Shown in pieces: positions 1 through 9,765 of a stretch of 64,000 nt of DNA. Under the pieces are notes generated by a model. That model saw nothing but the letters and a program-made list of their open reading frames with translations, had not been told where the DNA came from and ran no database searches. Origin of the DNA: Rhodospirillaceae bacterium (GTDB taxonomy: Bacteria; Pseudomonadota; Alphaproteobacteria; Rhodospirillales; Rhodospirillaceae); NCBI GenBank assembly GCA_965228165.1, contig CBDDHB010000002.1:708449-772448 (forward strand), read 5' to 3'. Every line of letters begins with the position of its first letter. The stretch's first letter is position 1. The position numbers and the translations under genes were made by a program.

Positions 1-293
1 CGCGCCGTCCCAGTACGCCTTGCCCGCGTTGTAGCGCGCCGCCGCCAGACCGCCCTGCGCCGCCTGCTCGTACCAGTACAGCCCGGCCTCGCGATCCAGC
101 GCCACGCCCTCCCCCCCCGGAACAGCATGTAACCGTAGTTCAACTGCGCCGGAGCGTATCCCGCCTTCGCCGCCCGTTCGTACCAGGCGATCGCGGCGGG
201 CAGATCCGGAACGCCGTCCGCGCCCACCCCGTCCTTCAGCATCGTCGCGAACAGGAAGGCCGCCAAAACCGCCGCCGCGATCAAAGCCTTCAT
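1..293 (-). CDS. Sel1/TPR-repeat protein, 5' part only (runs off window), frameshifted at C8 run 111-118
   Basis: Manual translation from ATG 293: MKALIAAAVLAAFLFATMLKDGVG...AIAWYERAAKAGYAPAQLNYGYMLFR. It continues in another frame as EGVALDREAGLYWYEQAAQGGLAAARYNAGKAYWDG, which are Sel1-type repeats. Confidence 0.75.
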   Translation of the reverse strand, partial: MKALIAAAVLAAFLFATMLKDGVGADGVPDLPAAIAWYERAAKAGYAPAQLNYGYMLFRGGRAWRWIARPGCTGTSRRRRAVWRRRATTRARRTGTA

Positions 294-672
294 TCGCCTC
301 TCTCCCGCAAAATCGAATGGGGAATTATGCCGCTTCGGGCGAAAACAAAAGGTTAAAGCCAGGCCGGGGCCAGCCCCGGACGGGAGCAGAGAAAAACCTT
401 GGGGAAAAAATGAGAAAAAGGTGCGAGGGGTTGCGCCCCCCGCGCACCCGATTCCTTTTCTCACTGCGTCAGCAGCCGCCAACCATCACGCCGCACGATC
501 GTCCTATCGCACTGCGCGGAAAAAGGGATCGAAGGGTCCACGCCCCTTCGCGGGTCCGGGCACGAAGAACGCCGAAGGCGTTCGTAGGGACGCCGCCATC
601 GGCGGCGGTCCGAGGCGAAGCCGAGGATGAGGAAAACGCACCAAGCGTTTTCCGAACAGCAGCCCGCTGCCT

Positions 673-1549
673 TTACTTCAGCACCACGGTACGGCCATCG
701 TTGAGGAACACCCGGCGTTCGACGTGGAAGCGCACCGCGCGGGCGAGCGCGCTGCATTCCAGTTCGCGTCCGATGCGGACGAGTTTTTCCGGGGTATAGG
801 TATGGTCGACGCGTTCAACTTCCTGTTCGATGATCGGGCCTTCGTCCAGGTCGTCGGTGACGTAGTGGGCGGTGGCGCCGACGATTTTCACGCCGCGCCG
901 GTGCGCCTGGTGGTAGGGCTTGGCGCCCTTGAACCCCGGCAGGAAGGAGTGGTGGATGTTGATGATCCGCCCCGGCAGGGCGTGGCAGACCTCGGCGGAG
1001 AGGATCTGCATGTAGCGCGCCAGCACCACCACGTCCACCGCCTGTTCGCGCACCAGGTCGAGGAGTTTGGCCTCCTGTTCGGCGCGGGTTTCGCGGGTCA
1101 CCGGCATATGGACGAAGGGGATGCCGTGCCATTCGACCAGCGGCTTCAGGTCGGGGTGGTTGGAGACCACCGCCGGGATGTCGATGGCGAGTTCGCCGAT
1201 GCGGTGGCGATAGAGCAGGTCGTTCAGGCAGTGGTCGGTTTTCGACACCATCAGCAGGACGCGGCTGCGCTGCGTCGCCGGGACCACGTCGATCATCATG
1301 TTGCGGCGCACCCGGCAGAATTCCAGCGCCGCATCGACGACGCGCCGGGCGTGCGGATCGGCGGGAATTTCGAATTCCGAGCGCATGAAGAACCGACCGG
1401 TGGAGGGATCGGAATAGGTGGCGGATTCGGTGACGTTGGCGTTGCAGTCGGCCAGCGCCTTGGCGACGGTGGCGATCACGCCGATGCCGTCGGCGCAGCG
1501 CACCGTCAGGACGAAGTGGTCGGTCCCGGCGGGGGGGTCGCCGGGGCAT
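673..1549 (-). CDS. purU: Formyltetrahydrofolate deformylase; likely true start ATG 1549 is out of frame at G7 run 1531-1537 (in-frame GTG at 1503)
   Basis: ACT domain plus formyltransferase motifs (VVLARYMQIL, IINIHHSFLPGFKGAKPYHQA, GATAHYVT, EGPIIEQ). Confidence 0.92.
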
Positions 1550-1629
1550 CCGGGGTTTGGGAATCACGCGTCATAACACTCGACAACCTTTTGAACGGCG
1601 CGGCGAACCCGGCGCCAAACCATGATTTT

Positions 1630-1932
1630 TCAGGGGCTGGGCAGAACCTCGAAACCCTGCATCGGCGGGTCGGCGGGAATCGGTTCGACCCGCACCGCCT
1701 GCACCCGCGCCGCGGTCGGGCCATCCCAGCAGGCGCGGATCATCGCCTCGACCTCCGGCGCGGGACCGTCGAAGACCGCCTCCACCGTGCCGTCGCGGCG
1801 ATTGCGCACCCAGCCGAAAAGGCCGCGTCGAACGGCCTGTTCCTGCGTCCAGGCGCGGAACCAGACCCCTTGAACCTTGCCCTCGATCGTCACGCGCACG
1901 CGCAGCCGATTGCTTTCGTCCATCGGCCTCAT
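1630..1932 (-). CDS. acyP: Acylphosphatase (start may be ATG 1923)
   Basis: GKVQGVWFR and [12 protein letters not shown] signature motifs. Confidence 0.92.
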   Translation of the reverse strand: MRPMDESNRLRVRVTIEGKVQGVWFRAWTQEQAVRRGLFGWVRNRRDGTVEAVFDGPAPEVEAMIRACWDGPTAARVQAVRVEPIPADPPMQGFEVLPSP

Positions 1933-1998
1933 CCTTCGCGAAGTCCAACCCCGGCGCGCCGGGACTGTGCCTCAAATCCCAGCGCGATCCAAGTATTT

Positions 1999-2736
1999 TC
2001 AAGCCATCGCGGCGAAATCGGCGGCGGCCCGCGCCTCGCGGCCGATCGCCTCGGCGCGGCGGCGGGCCTGCGAATCCTCGCCCCAGACCTGGGCCTGATG
2101 GGTCTCGTCCAGGCGCGAGGCGGCATAGGCCTCTTCCGCCGCGATCCGCCCTTCCAGCACCGCGAGGGCCAGGACCACCGACCCGAACGCCCCGGCCAGG
2201 GCGTGCGCCGCGGTCAGCCGCCAGACGTCGTGACGGGCGAAGGCGGCGCGGATCGCCGCCACCGAATCCTCCGGCTGCTCCACCGCGACCACGCCGACGG
2301 TGACGCGCAGGCGCGCGCCGAAGGCGGCCTCCGCCCAGTCGAGCAGGGGCTGCCAGGCTTCCGCCTGCGCCGCCGCCAGGGAGCCCGGATAGGCGGCGCG
2401 ATAGCACAACAGGTCCGCCCGCGCATAATCCGCCAGGGTGTCCAGCGCCGCCTCGACCGTATCGGCGACGCCGTCGATCGCGGTGCTGGCCAACTGGGTC
2501 AGCGGCATCCGCGACGGATCGAGGGTGTCCCCCTGCGCCACCCACTCGGCGGCCAGGGCATCGGCCAGGGGCCGCGACGGCACCGCGAGAAGACGCCGCT
2601 TCGGCGTCTTGACCGCGCGACCGTCCAGTTCCACGGTGAAACCGGCGTCGGTTTCGCCGACGTCGGCGGTTTTATAGAAGCGCTTCGGTCGGGCGGGCCG
2701 CAGCGCGGCGGCCGCCCGGATCTTGTCTTGCGTCAT
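1999..2736 (-). CDS. ATP12-family F1-ATPase assembly chaperone
   Basis: KRFYK...LDGRAVKTP, MPLTQLA, DLLCYRA and DE..Q...WGED motifs typical of alphaproteobacterial ATP12. Confidence 0.88.
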   Translation of the reverse strand: MTQDKIRAAAALRPARPKRFYKTADVGETDAGFTVELDGRAVKTPKRRLLAVPSRPLADALAAEWVAQGDTLDPSRMPLTQLASTAIDGVADTVEAALDTLADYARADLLCYRAAYPGSLAAAQAEAWQPLLDWAEAAFGARLRVTVGVVAVEQPEDSVAAIRAAFARHDVWRLTAAHALAGAFGSVVLALAVLEGRIAAEEAYAASRLDETHQAQVWGEDSQARRRAEAIGREARAAADFAAMA

Positions 2737-2749
2737 CGTCCCCGTCCGA

Positions 2750-4879
2750 TCACTTGCCGAAGAGTCCCTTCATCGCGCCGCCGATCGCATCGGTGGGCGA
2801 CGAGGATTTCGCCGGGGCGGAGGTCGTCCCGCCCGAGGACGACCCCGAGGACTTGGCCGGAGCCTCGCCCTTCGCGGTCAGACAGGGGTGCGGGTCCTTG
2901 GTGCCTTCGTTCAGCAGCGCATCGCCCAACAGCGACAGGCCGCCGGTCGCCACCGCCGCGCCGACCTTCAAGGCCGCCTTGCCCGCGCCCAGGGCGTCGA
3001 TCCCCACCGACGGCGCCCCCAGAGTGCCGCCGACCCGCACCAGACCGGCGGTGGTCTGGGTGATGCCGACGCTGGCCCCCTGCGGCATCGGATCGAAGCC
3101 CAGGTCCAGGGCCTCGTTGCGCAGATTGACCGAGCCGCCGACCACCAGATTGAAGGCGTCGGTTTCCGCCGCCACGCCCTTGCCCAGGGCGGCGAGCCCC
3201 TGCTTCACCGGCACCCGCACCACCGGGCACGACAGAACCGTCTTTTCCCGCGTCGCGAAGCCGGAATCGACCATGGTCAGGCCCGACATCGCCCAGTCGC
3301 CGATCGCCTTCCTCAATTCGGCGTTGACGAACTCGGCCCGTCCCGCCTCGACCCGCAGATCGCCGTCGAGACCGGCCATCAGGTCGCGCACCGAGCGCCC
3401 CATCCCCTTGAGGCCGATGGACAGGGCGGTCGGCCCGCCGGTGAGCACCTTGGTCATCCCCATGTCGCCCGCCACCTGGGCGAGGGCGATGTCCTTGCCG
3501 GAGAGGGCGACGTTCAGCCCCGCCGGACCGCCCTTCGGCCGCGCGTCGAGCACCACCTTGCCGCCCACCGCGCCGCCGCCAACGCCGAAGTCCGGCGCGA
3601 CGTTCAACAGGCCGTCCTTCAGCGACGCGGACAGTTTCGCCTGGGAAAGCCTGACGCCGCCCGGCAGGGTCAACTGGGCGACCGCCACCTTGGCCTCGGC
3701 GTCCACCGCATGCAGACCGTCGAGAGGCAACGGGTCGGCGGGGAAGACGCGACCGTCCGCCGACGCCTTGGCCGCCCCGGCGGGCTTGGCCGCTCCGGAC
3801 GGGGACGCGGCGGGCTTGGGCGAAATGCCGTCCAACAGCTTCGGCAGGTCGAGAACCTCCGCGCCTAAGTCCGCCACGATCTTAGGCTTGGCCCCCGCCA
3901 GATCGGCCGAGACCGCGATCTTCAATTCCTGCCCGGCGAGGCGGAGAACCCCGCCCTCCACCTTGTAGCCGTTCTTGCCGAAGCTTTTCACCGCGCCGTC
4001 GAAGGCCAAGGGCGGCACCGCCGCGAGGTCGGCGCCGAGGGCCTTGCCGATCTGGTCATAGGTCTTTCCATCGAAGGAAATCTTAAGGTCGATGTCCTTG
4101 CCCGCCATCGGCTGGCCGATCCGCCCCTTGGCGGAGACCGTCACCCCCGGCAGGGTAACGCCCATATCGACCACCGCCGGACGATTCTGGGTCAGGGCCT
4201 CGATCGGTCCCAGGGTTCCCTTCGCCCCGACCGCGAGACCGTTATAGACCATGTCGAGGACGATCTTCAGCGGGTCAGACGCCGAGGAGGCGGAGGCCTG
4301 CAACGCGTTCACCGTCAGCGCCAGGGACTGGCCGCTCCCGGCGTCGTCGAAGACCAGCGCCAGATTGCGAACGTCCACCTCGCGCACCGCGATCGTCGGC
4401 ATGCCGCCCGACTTGGCGACGGGTTCGGCGGGCGTCGCCGGGCCGGTCATCGCCGGTCCCGCCGAGGCGGGGGCGAAGTCCCAGTTGGCGGAACCGTCCT
4501 TGCGGCGGCTCAAGTTGACGGTGGTGTCGCGCACCACCAGCCGGTTGACCTGGACGGTGCCGGTCAGCGCGGCGAGAAGGCCGATTTCCGCCTCGGCGCG
4601 ACCGATCGACAGCATGTCGGGGGCCTTCGCCCAGGGGGCGTTGGCGAGCTTGACGCCCTCCACCACCACCGCAGGGGAGAACGACACCTTCAGCTTCAGC
4701 GGCCCGGCGATCGAGACCTTGCGTCCGGTCGCGTCCTCCGCCGCCTGAATGATCCGACCGCGATAGGAATCGACGTCGATCGACGCCAGAACGCCATACC
4801 CGGCGGCGATCGCCACCGCCAGAACGCCGACCGCGATCTGGACTATCCTGCGGATTCCCATGAAACGTCCTCCCCACAT
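2750..4879 (-). CDS. AsmA-family envelope protein
   Basis: 709 aa with an N-terminal anchor, ATGRKVSIAGPLKL, NWDF, and C-terminal AsmA-like beta repeats; conserved position next to ATP12. Confidence 0.8.
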   Translation of the reverse strand: MWGGRFMGIRRIVQIAVGVLAVAIAAGYGVLASIDVDSYRGRIIQAAEDATGRKVSIAGPLKLKVSFSPAVVVEGVKLANAPWAKAPDMLSIGRAEAEIGLLAALTGTVQVNRLVVRDTTVNLSRRKDGSANWDFAPASAGPAMTGPATPAEPVAKSGGMPTIAVREVDVRNLALVFDDAGSGQSLALTVNALQASASSASDPLKIVLDMVYNGLAVGAKGTLGPIEALTQNRPAVVDMGVTLPGVTVSAKGRIGQPMAGKDIDLKISFDGKTYDQIGKALGADLAAVPPLAFDGAVKSFGKNGYKVEGGVLRLAGQELKIAVSADLAGAKPKIVADLGAEVLDLPKLLDGISPKPAASPSGAAKPAGAAKASADGRVFPADPLPLDGLHAVDAEAKVAVAQLTLPGGVRLSQAKLSASLKDGLLNVAPDFGVGGGAVGGKVVLDARPKGGPAGLNVALSGKDIALAQVAGDMGMTKVLTGGPTALSIGLKGMGRSVRDLMAGLDGDLRVEAGRAEFVNAELRKAIGDWAMSGLTMVDSGFATREKTVLSCPVVRVPVKQGLAALGKGVAAETDAFNLVVGGSVNLRNEALDLGFDPMPQGASVGITQTTAGLVRVGGTLGAPSVGIDALGAGKAALKVGAAVATGGLSLLGDALLNEGTKDPHPCLTAKGEAPAKSSGSSSGGTTSAPAKSSSPTDAIGGAMKGLFGK

Positions 4880-4925
4880 CCTGGCGGGCCGCTTCTCCGC
4901 GGTCCGATCATTCCGACATACCTGC

Positions 4926-5623
4926 CTATATAGGCCGAATTATCGCGGCGTCACCGTCGATCGGCAACGCGCTTCGCACCCAGTCCTCCAACTCGGCGAA
5001 GGAAGCGGGCAACGCATCGGCCCCCGCCGCCGCCAGGGCCTGCGGCGTATGATTGCCCCAGACGACTCCGGCGGAACGAACCCCCGCGCTGCGCGCCATA
5101 TCGATGTCGAACACCGTATCGCCCACCATCAGCGTCGATGCCGGGTCCGCCCCCGCCTCCGCCATCACCTTCCGCAGCATGAAGGGATGGGGCTTGCCCG
5201 GACCGTCGTCGGCGCACCCCACGGCGACGAAACGGGCCGCCAGCCCATGATGCGCGAAGGTGGCGTCCAGCCCCTTGCGCGACTTGCCGGTGGCGACCGC
5301 CAGAAGGTATCCCGCCGCCTCCAACCGCGCGAGGCAATCCCGCGCGCCCTCGAACAGGGGCGCGGGTTCTCGGGTGCGGTCCAGCAGGAAGAAGCGCTTA
5401 TACTCCGCCACGATTTTGTCTAAATGTTGTGACGCAATTTCGTCTGAAATGTGTCCTACCGCTTCGGGCAGGGACAATCCGATGATCCCACGAATCGCCT
5501 CCGCCGACGGGGGCGACAAACCAAGGGATTCAAAAGCGCTTTTCATACAATGCACTATGGTTTCCGCGCTATCGACGAGGGCTCCGTCCATGTCGAAGAC
5601 CACCAATCCGCCTGCCATCATTC
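4926..5623 (-). CDS. HAD-IA family hydrolase (phosphoglycolate-phosphatase-like)
   Basis: VVFDMDGALVDS (motif I), VATGKSR, GKPHP, MVGDTVFD. Start taken at the MM codons 5623/5620 rather than the ORF-track 5708. Confidence 0.85.
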
Positions 5624-5768
5624 TGCCCCAATTAGCTTTACAAGTGTGGCAAAGTGCACTATCCATTGGGCCGGGAAAAGATCCTTTTCGGGCCACCGTT
5701 CCGTTCAAGGATCGGTCCGTATCTTGGGGCTTTCAAGACCTACAAAAATATCTTTTCTGGGGGCCAGA

Positions 5769-7301
5769 ATGAGCAATTCTGCAAGCACTGCGGAAACGGC
5801 AATGACCGGAGACCGCAAGAAAGAAATCATTGGTTTGTTCCTGGGTATCGCATTCCTGCTGTACACCCTGTTCACCGCCCCGCCGGAAGGCATTGAGCCG
5901 TCGGCGTGGAAGACCATCGGCGTCACCCTGCTGATGGCCACCTGGTGGATGCTCGAGGCGGCGCCGATCGCGGTGACCGCCCTGGTGCCGCTGGTCCTGT
6001 TCCCGGCGCTTGGCGTGATGACCGCCAAGCAGGTCGCGCCGAACTACGCGCAGGACCTGATCTGGCTGTTCGTCGGCGGCTTCGCGCTGGCCTACGCCAT
6101 GGAGACCTGGAACCTGCACCGCCGCGTCTCGCTGCTGGTGCTGAAGGTTTGCGGCACCAACCCGAAGATGCTGCTGCTGGGCTTCCTGGTTTCGACGGCG
6201 TTCCTGTCGGCGTGGATGTCCAACACCGCCTGCGCCGCCCTGATGATGCCGATCGGCATGGCCATCGTGAAGATGGTGCAGGAAGGCGAAGGCCGTAGCG
6301 AGGTCGAGAAGCGCGCCGCGATCAACTTCGGCATCTGCGTGATGCTGGGGATCGCGTTCTCCGCCTCGATGGGCGGCATGGCGACCCTGATCGGCACCCC
6401 GCCCAACGCGGTGATGGCCGGCCAGGTCGAAAAGATGACCGGCACCGCCGTGCCGTTCGCCAACTTCATGCTGGTGGGCGGCCCGATCGGCATCGCCCTG
6501 CTGGCGATCTGCTGGTGGCTGCTGCCGGTGATGTTCCCGATCAAGGCCCTGGACCTGTCCCACGCCGGCGCGATCGTCGACGAGGAACTGGAGAAGCTGG
6601 GCGGGATGAGCAAGGGCGAGACCCTGACCTTCATCCTGTTCATCTTCACCGCGCTGTTCTGGATCCTGCGTCCGCAGATTCTGAACGCCCTGCCGCCGGT
6701 GATGTTGGCGGGCAAGCTGACCCCGATGTCCAAGATCATGTCCGACTCGACGGTCGGCATGCTCACCCTGCTGCTCTGCTTCATCATTCCGGTGGACTTC
6801 AAGAAGGGCCGGATGGTCCTGGATACCACCCTGTTCAGCAAGGGCATTCCGTGGGACGCGATCATCCTGTTCGGCGGCGGGTTCGCCCTGGGTGGCGCCC
6901 TCGACAAGTCCGGCGTGTCGGCTTATGTCGCCGGGCAGATGAAGGGCCTGGTGGGGATGAGCTCGATCGTCGTGATCGCGGTTCTGGCGACGGTGGCGAT
7001 GCTGCTGACCCAGATGACCTCGAACACCGCCGTCGCGGCGACCTTCGTGCCGCTGGCGATCTCCATCGCCCAGGGTCTCGGCGTTTCGCCGCTGGTGATG
7101 GCGATTCCGGTGGCTCTGGGTGCGTCGCTGGCGTTCTCGCTGCCGGTGGCGACGCCGCCGAACGCGATCGTCTTCGGCTCCGGCCTGATCCGCGTTCCCG
7201 ACATGTTCAAGTCCGGCATGACCTTGAATCTGATCGGTATCGTGATCACCCTGGCCAGCATGTACGTGATGATGCCGATCGCCTTCGGCGTGAAGGTCTG
7301 A
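5769..7301 (+). CDS. DASS/SLC13-family sodium:dicarboxylate (or sulfate) symporter
   Basis: Many hydrophobic helices with motifs WMSNTA, GGMATLIGTPPN, MTSNTA and LPVATPPNAIVF. Confidence 0.9.
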   Translation: MSNSASTAETAMTGDRKKEIIGLFLGIAFLLYTLFTAPPEGIEPSAWKTIGVTLLMATWWMLEAAPIAVTALVPLVLFPALGVMTAKQVAPNYAQDLIWLFVGGFALAYAMETWNLHRRVSLLVLKVCGTNPKMLLLGFLVSTAFLSAWMSNTACAALMMPIGMAIVKMVQEGEGRSEVEKRAAINFGICVMLGIAFSASMGGMATLIGTPPNAVMAGQVEKMTGTAVPFANFMLVGGPIGIALLAICWWLLPVMFPIKALDLSHAGAIVDEELEKLGGMSKGETLTFILFIFTALFWILRPQILNALPPVMLAGKLTPMSKIMSDSTVGMLTLLLCFIIPVDFKKGRMVLDTTLFSKGIPWDAIILFGGGFALGGALDKSGVSAYVAGQMKGLVGMSSIVVIAVLATVAMLLTQMTSNTAVAATFVPLAISIAQGLGVSPLVMAIPVALGASLAFSLPVATPPNAIVFGSGLIRVPDMFKSGMTLNLIGIVITLASMYVMMPIAFGVKV

Positions 7302-7309
7302 TCCGTGCC

Positions 7310-7378
7310 GTCGGCGGCGCCTTGCGCCGCCGACCGTCCGAAAGAAGAAAGGCCTGCCGCATCGCGGCAGGCCTTTTT
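7310..7378. terminator. Two hairpins between convergent DASS and rluC; the second is a bidirectional intrinsic terminator
   Basis: GTCGGCGGCGC-CTT-GCGCCGCCGAC (7310-7334). AAAGGCCTGCCGC-ATC-GCGGCAGGCCTTT (7348-7376) has T-rich tails on both strands. Confidence 0.85.
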
Positions 7379-7399
7379 CCATGTCCGACGCGAACCGGA

Positions 7400-8425
7400 T
7401 CAGTAATCGAGTTCGAACATCGGCTCGTCGCGGCCCAGCACTTCCTCGAACCCCAGATCGGCGAAGGTCGCCGCGATGTGCGGCGGCAGCGGCGCGGCAA
7501 CCCGCAGCACCCCGCCCGAAGGATGGGCGATGACGATGGCGCGGGCGTGCAGGTGCAACTGCTTGATCCGGGTCACGCCGTCCGCCTCGGGCAGGAAGGC
7601 GGCGCGACCGCCGTACTTGCCGTCCCCCAGGATCGGCGTGCCGATGTGCGCCATATGGGCGCGCAGTTGATGGGTACGGCCGGTGCGCGGCATCATCGCC
7701 ACCCAGGCGGCACGCTTACGCACCGCATCGACGACCCGGAAGTCGGTGACCGCGACCTTGCCGTCGTCGTCCACCGCGATCTTTTCCACCGGCCCGTGCT
7801 TGACCTTGGCGAGCGGCGCGGAAATCCGCCCCTGCATCGGCTGCGGCACCCCGGCGACGATTCCCCAATAGAGCTTCTGGGTGCGGCGCTCGCGGAAGGC
7901 GGCGGCCAGATGGGCGGCGGTGGCACGGCTGCGCGCCAGCACCAGGACCCCCGAGGTATCCTTGTCCAGACGGTGCACCAGGCGCGGACGCTCGTCGGCG
8001 CCGAAGCGCAGCGCGTCGAGCAGCGCGTCGAGATGCATCGACATCCCGGAGCCGCCCTGCACCGCCAGTCCGGCGGGCTTGTTGAGCACCAGGACCGCCG
8101 CGTCCTTATGGATGACGCAGGCGCGGATCGCCGCGATCTCGGCCTCCGACAGCTTCGGCGGCGGCGCGGCATGGGACGAAGCGGCGGCGCGCGGCGCGAT
8201 CGGCGGCACCCGCACCACCTGCCCGGCGGCGACCCGGTCGCCCGCCTTGACCCGCCCGCCGTCCAGGCGCACCTGGCCGGTGCGGCACAGCTTTTCCACC
8301 TGGATGCGTCCGCACTCCGGCACGTGCCGGGCGAACCAGCGATCCAGCCGGATGCCGTCGTCGTCGGCGTCCACCGTCAGCATGCGCACGCCCGGTTTGG
8401 CCTCGCCCGTCGCCGTGGTTTCCAT
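7400..8425 (-). CDS. rluC: RluA/RluC-family 23S rRNA pseudouridine synthase
   Basis: S4 domain (IRLDRWF), NKPAGLAVQGG, catalytic VHRLDKDTSG, TGRTHQLRAH. Its ATG overlaps the rarA TGA. Confidence 0.9.
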   Translation of the reverse strand: METTATGEAKPGVRMLTVDADDDGIRLDRWFARHVPECGRIQVEKLCRTGQVRLDGGRVKAGDRVAAGQVVRVPPIAPRAAASSHAAPPPKLSEAEIAAIRACVIHKDAAVLVLNKPAGLAVQGGSGMSMHLDALLDALRFGADERPRLVHRLDKDTSGVLVLARSRATAAHLAAAFRERRTQKLYWGIVAGVPQPMQGRISAPLAKVKHGPVEKIAVDDDGKVAVTDFRVVDAVRKRAAWVAMMPRTGRTHQLRAHMAHIGTPILGDGKYGGRAAFLPEADGVTRIKQLHLHARAIVIAHPSGGVLRVAAPLPPHIAATFADLGFEEVLGRDEPMFELDY

Positions 8426-9762
8426 CAGTCTTCGCCCTTCTTTTCCGCCCGCAGGCGATTCCAATAGGCCAGGCGCTTGCCGATCTCGCGCTCGAAGCCG
8501 CGTTCGACCGGACGGTAGAAGGCCTCGCGCGGCATGCCGTCGGGGAAATAATTCTGCCCGGAGAACCCCTCGACGGTGTCGGGATCGTACTGGTATCCCG
8601 CGCCGTAGCCCAGGTCTTTCATCATCCGCGTCGGCGCGTTCAGAATGTGCATCGGCGGCATCAGCGACCCGGTCGCCTTGGCGGCGCGCTTCGCCGCGCC
8701 ATGCGCCTTGTAGGCGCCCACCGATTTCGGCGCGGTGCCGAGATAGATCACCAGATAGGATAGTGCCAGATCGCCCTCCGGCGACCCCAGACGGTCGTAG
8801 GCCTCCCACGCCGCGATCGCCTGGGCGAGCGCGCCGGGATCGGCTAGGCCGACGTCCTCGACCGCGAAGCGGGTCAGGCGGCGCAGGATACAGGCCGGGT
8901 CCTCGCCGCCGTCGAGCATCCGCGCCAGCCAATAGAGGGCGGCGTCGGTGTCCGAACCGCGCAGCGACTTGTGCAGCGCGGAAATCAGGTTGTAGTGCCC
9001 CTCCCCCGACTTGTCGAAGACCGGGGCGCGGCGCTGCACCACGCGGGCCAGATCGGCGGGGGCGAACACCTCGCCCGGCTTGGCCATCGCGACGATCGCC
9101 TCGACCATATTGAGGATCATCCGCCCATCGCCGTCGGCCATCGCCTTCAGGGACTCGCGCGCCGGGGCGTCGAGGGGCAGGGGACACCCCAAATCGGCCT
9201 CGGCGCGGGCGAGCAGCGCCTCCAGCGCCGCGTCGTCGAGGCGCTTCAAGACGATCACCTGACAGCGCGACATCAGGGCGGCGTTCAGCTCGAACGAGGG
9301 ATTCTCGGTGGTCGCGCCGACCAGGACCACCGTGCCGTCCTCGACATAGGGCAGGAAGCCGTCCTGCTGCGCCTTGTTGAAGCGGTGAATTTCATCGACG
9401 AACAGCAGGGTGCCGCGCCCCGAGGTCTTGCGCTCCAGCTTCGCCGCCTCGAACACCTTGCGCAGGTCGGCCACCCCCGAGAACACCGCCGACAGCGGTT
9501 GGAACGCCAGATCGGTGCGCGCCGCCAGGGCGCGGGCGAGCGTCGTCTTGCCGCAGCCGGGCGGCCCCCACAGGATCAGCGACGGCACCCGCCCCCGCTC
9601 CAACTGACGCCCCAGCGGCCCTTCCGCCCCCAGCACGTGATCCTGACCGAGGATGTCCTCCAACGCGCGGGGGCGCAGCCGGTCGGCCAGGGGATGCGGC
9701 GCGGAACGACCTTCCGCCGTTTTGTCCATGCCGTCGTCGAACAGTTCGCCGCTCATGCCCAT
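8425..9762 (-). CDS. rarA: Replication-associated recombination protein A (AAA+ ATPase)
   Basis: PLADRLRP, GPPGCGKTT, FVDEIHRFNKAQQD, HYNLISALHKS. Confidence 0.95.
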   Translation of the reverse strand: MGMSGELFDDGMDKTAEGRSAPHPLADRLRPRALEDILGQDHVLGAEGPLGRQLERGRVPSLILWGPPGCGKTTLARALAARTDLAFQPLSAVFSGVADLRKVFEAAKLERKTSGRGTLLFVDEIHRFNKAQQDGFLPYVEDGTVVLVGATTENPSFELNAALMSRCQVIVLKRLDDAALEALLARAEADLGCPLPLDAPARESLKAMADGDGRMILNMVEAIVAMAKPGEVFAPADLARVVQRRAPVFDKSGEGHYNLISALHKSLRGSDTDAALYWLARMLDGGEDPACILRRLTRFAVEDVGLADPGALAQAIAAWEAYDRLGSPEGDLALSYLVIYLGTAPKSVGAYKAHGAAKRAAKATGSLMPPMHILNAPTRMMKDLGYGAGYQYDPDTVEGFSGQNYFPDGMPREAFYRPVERGFEREIGKRLAYWNRLRAEKKGED

Positions 9763-9765
9763 GTC

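Noticed and set aside
317-799. ORF-track calls in the purU-Sel1 spacer (317-799, 421-630, 461-757)
   Set aside because: They have low-complexity R/P/G composition and no family motif, and they overlap the hairpin cluster and the purU end.
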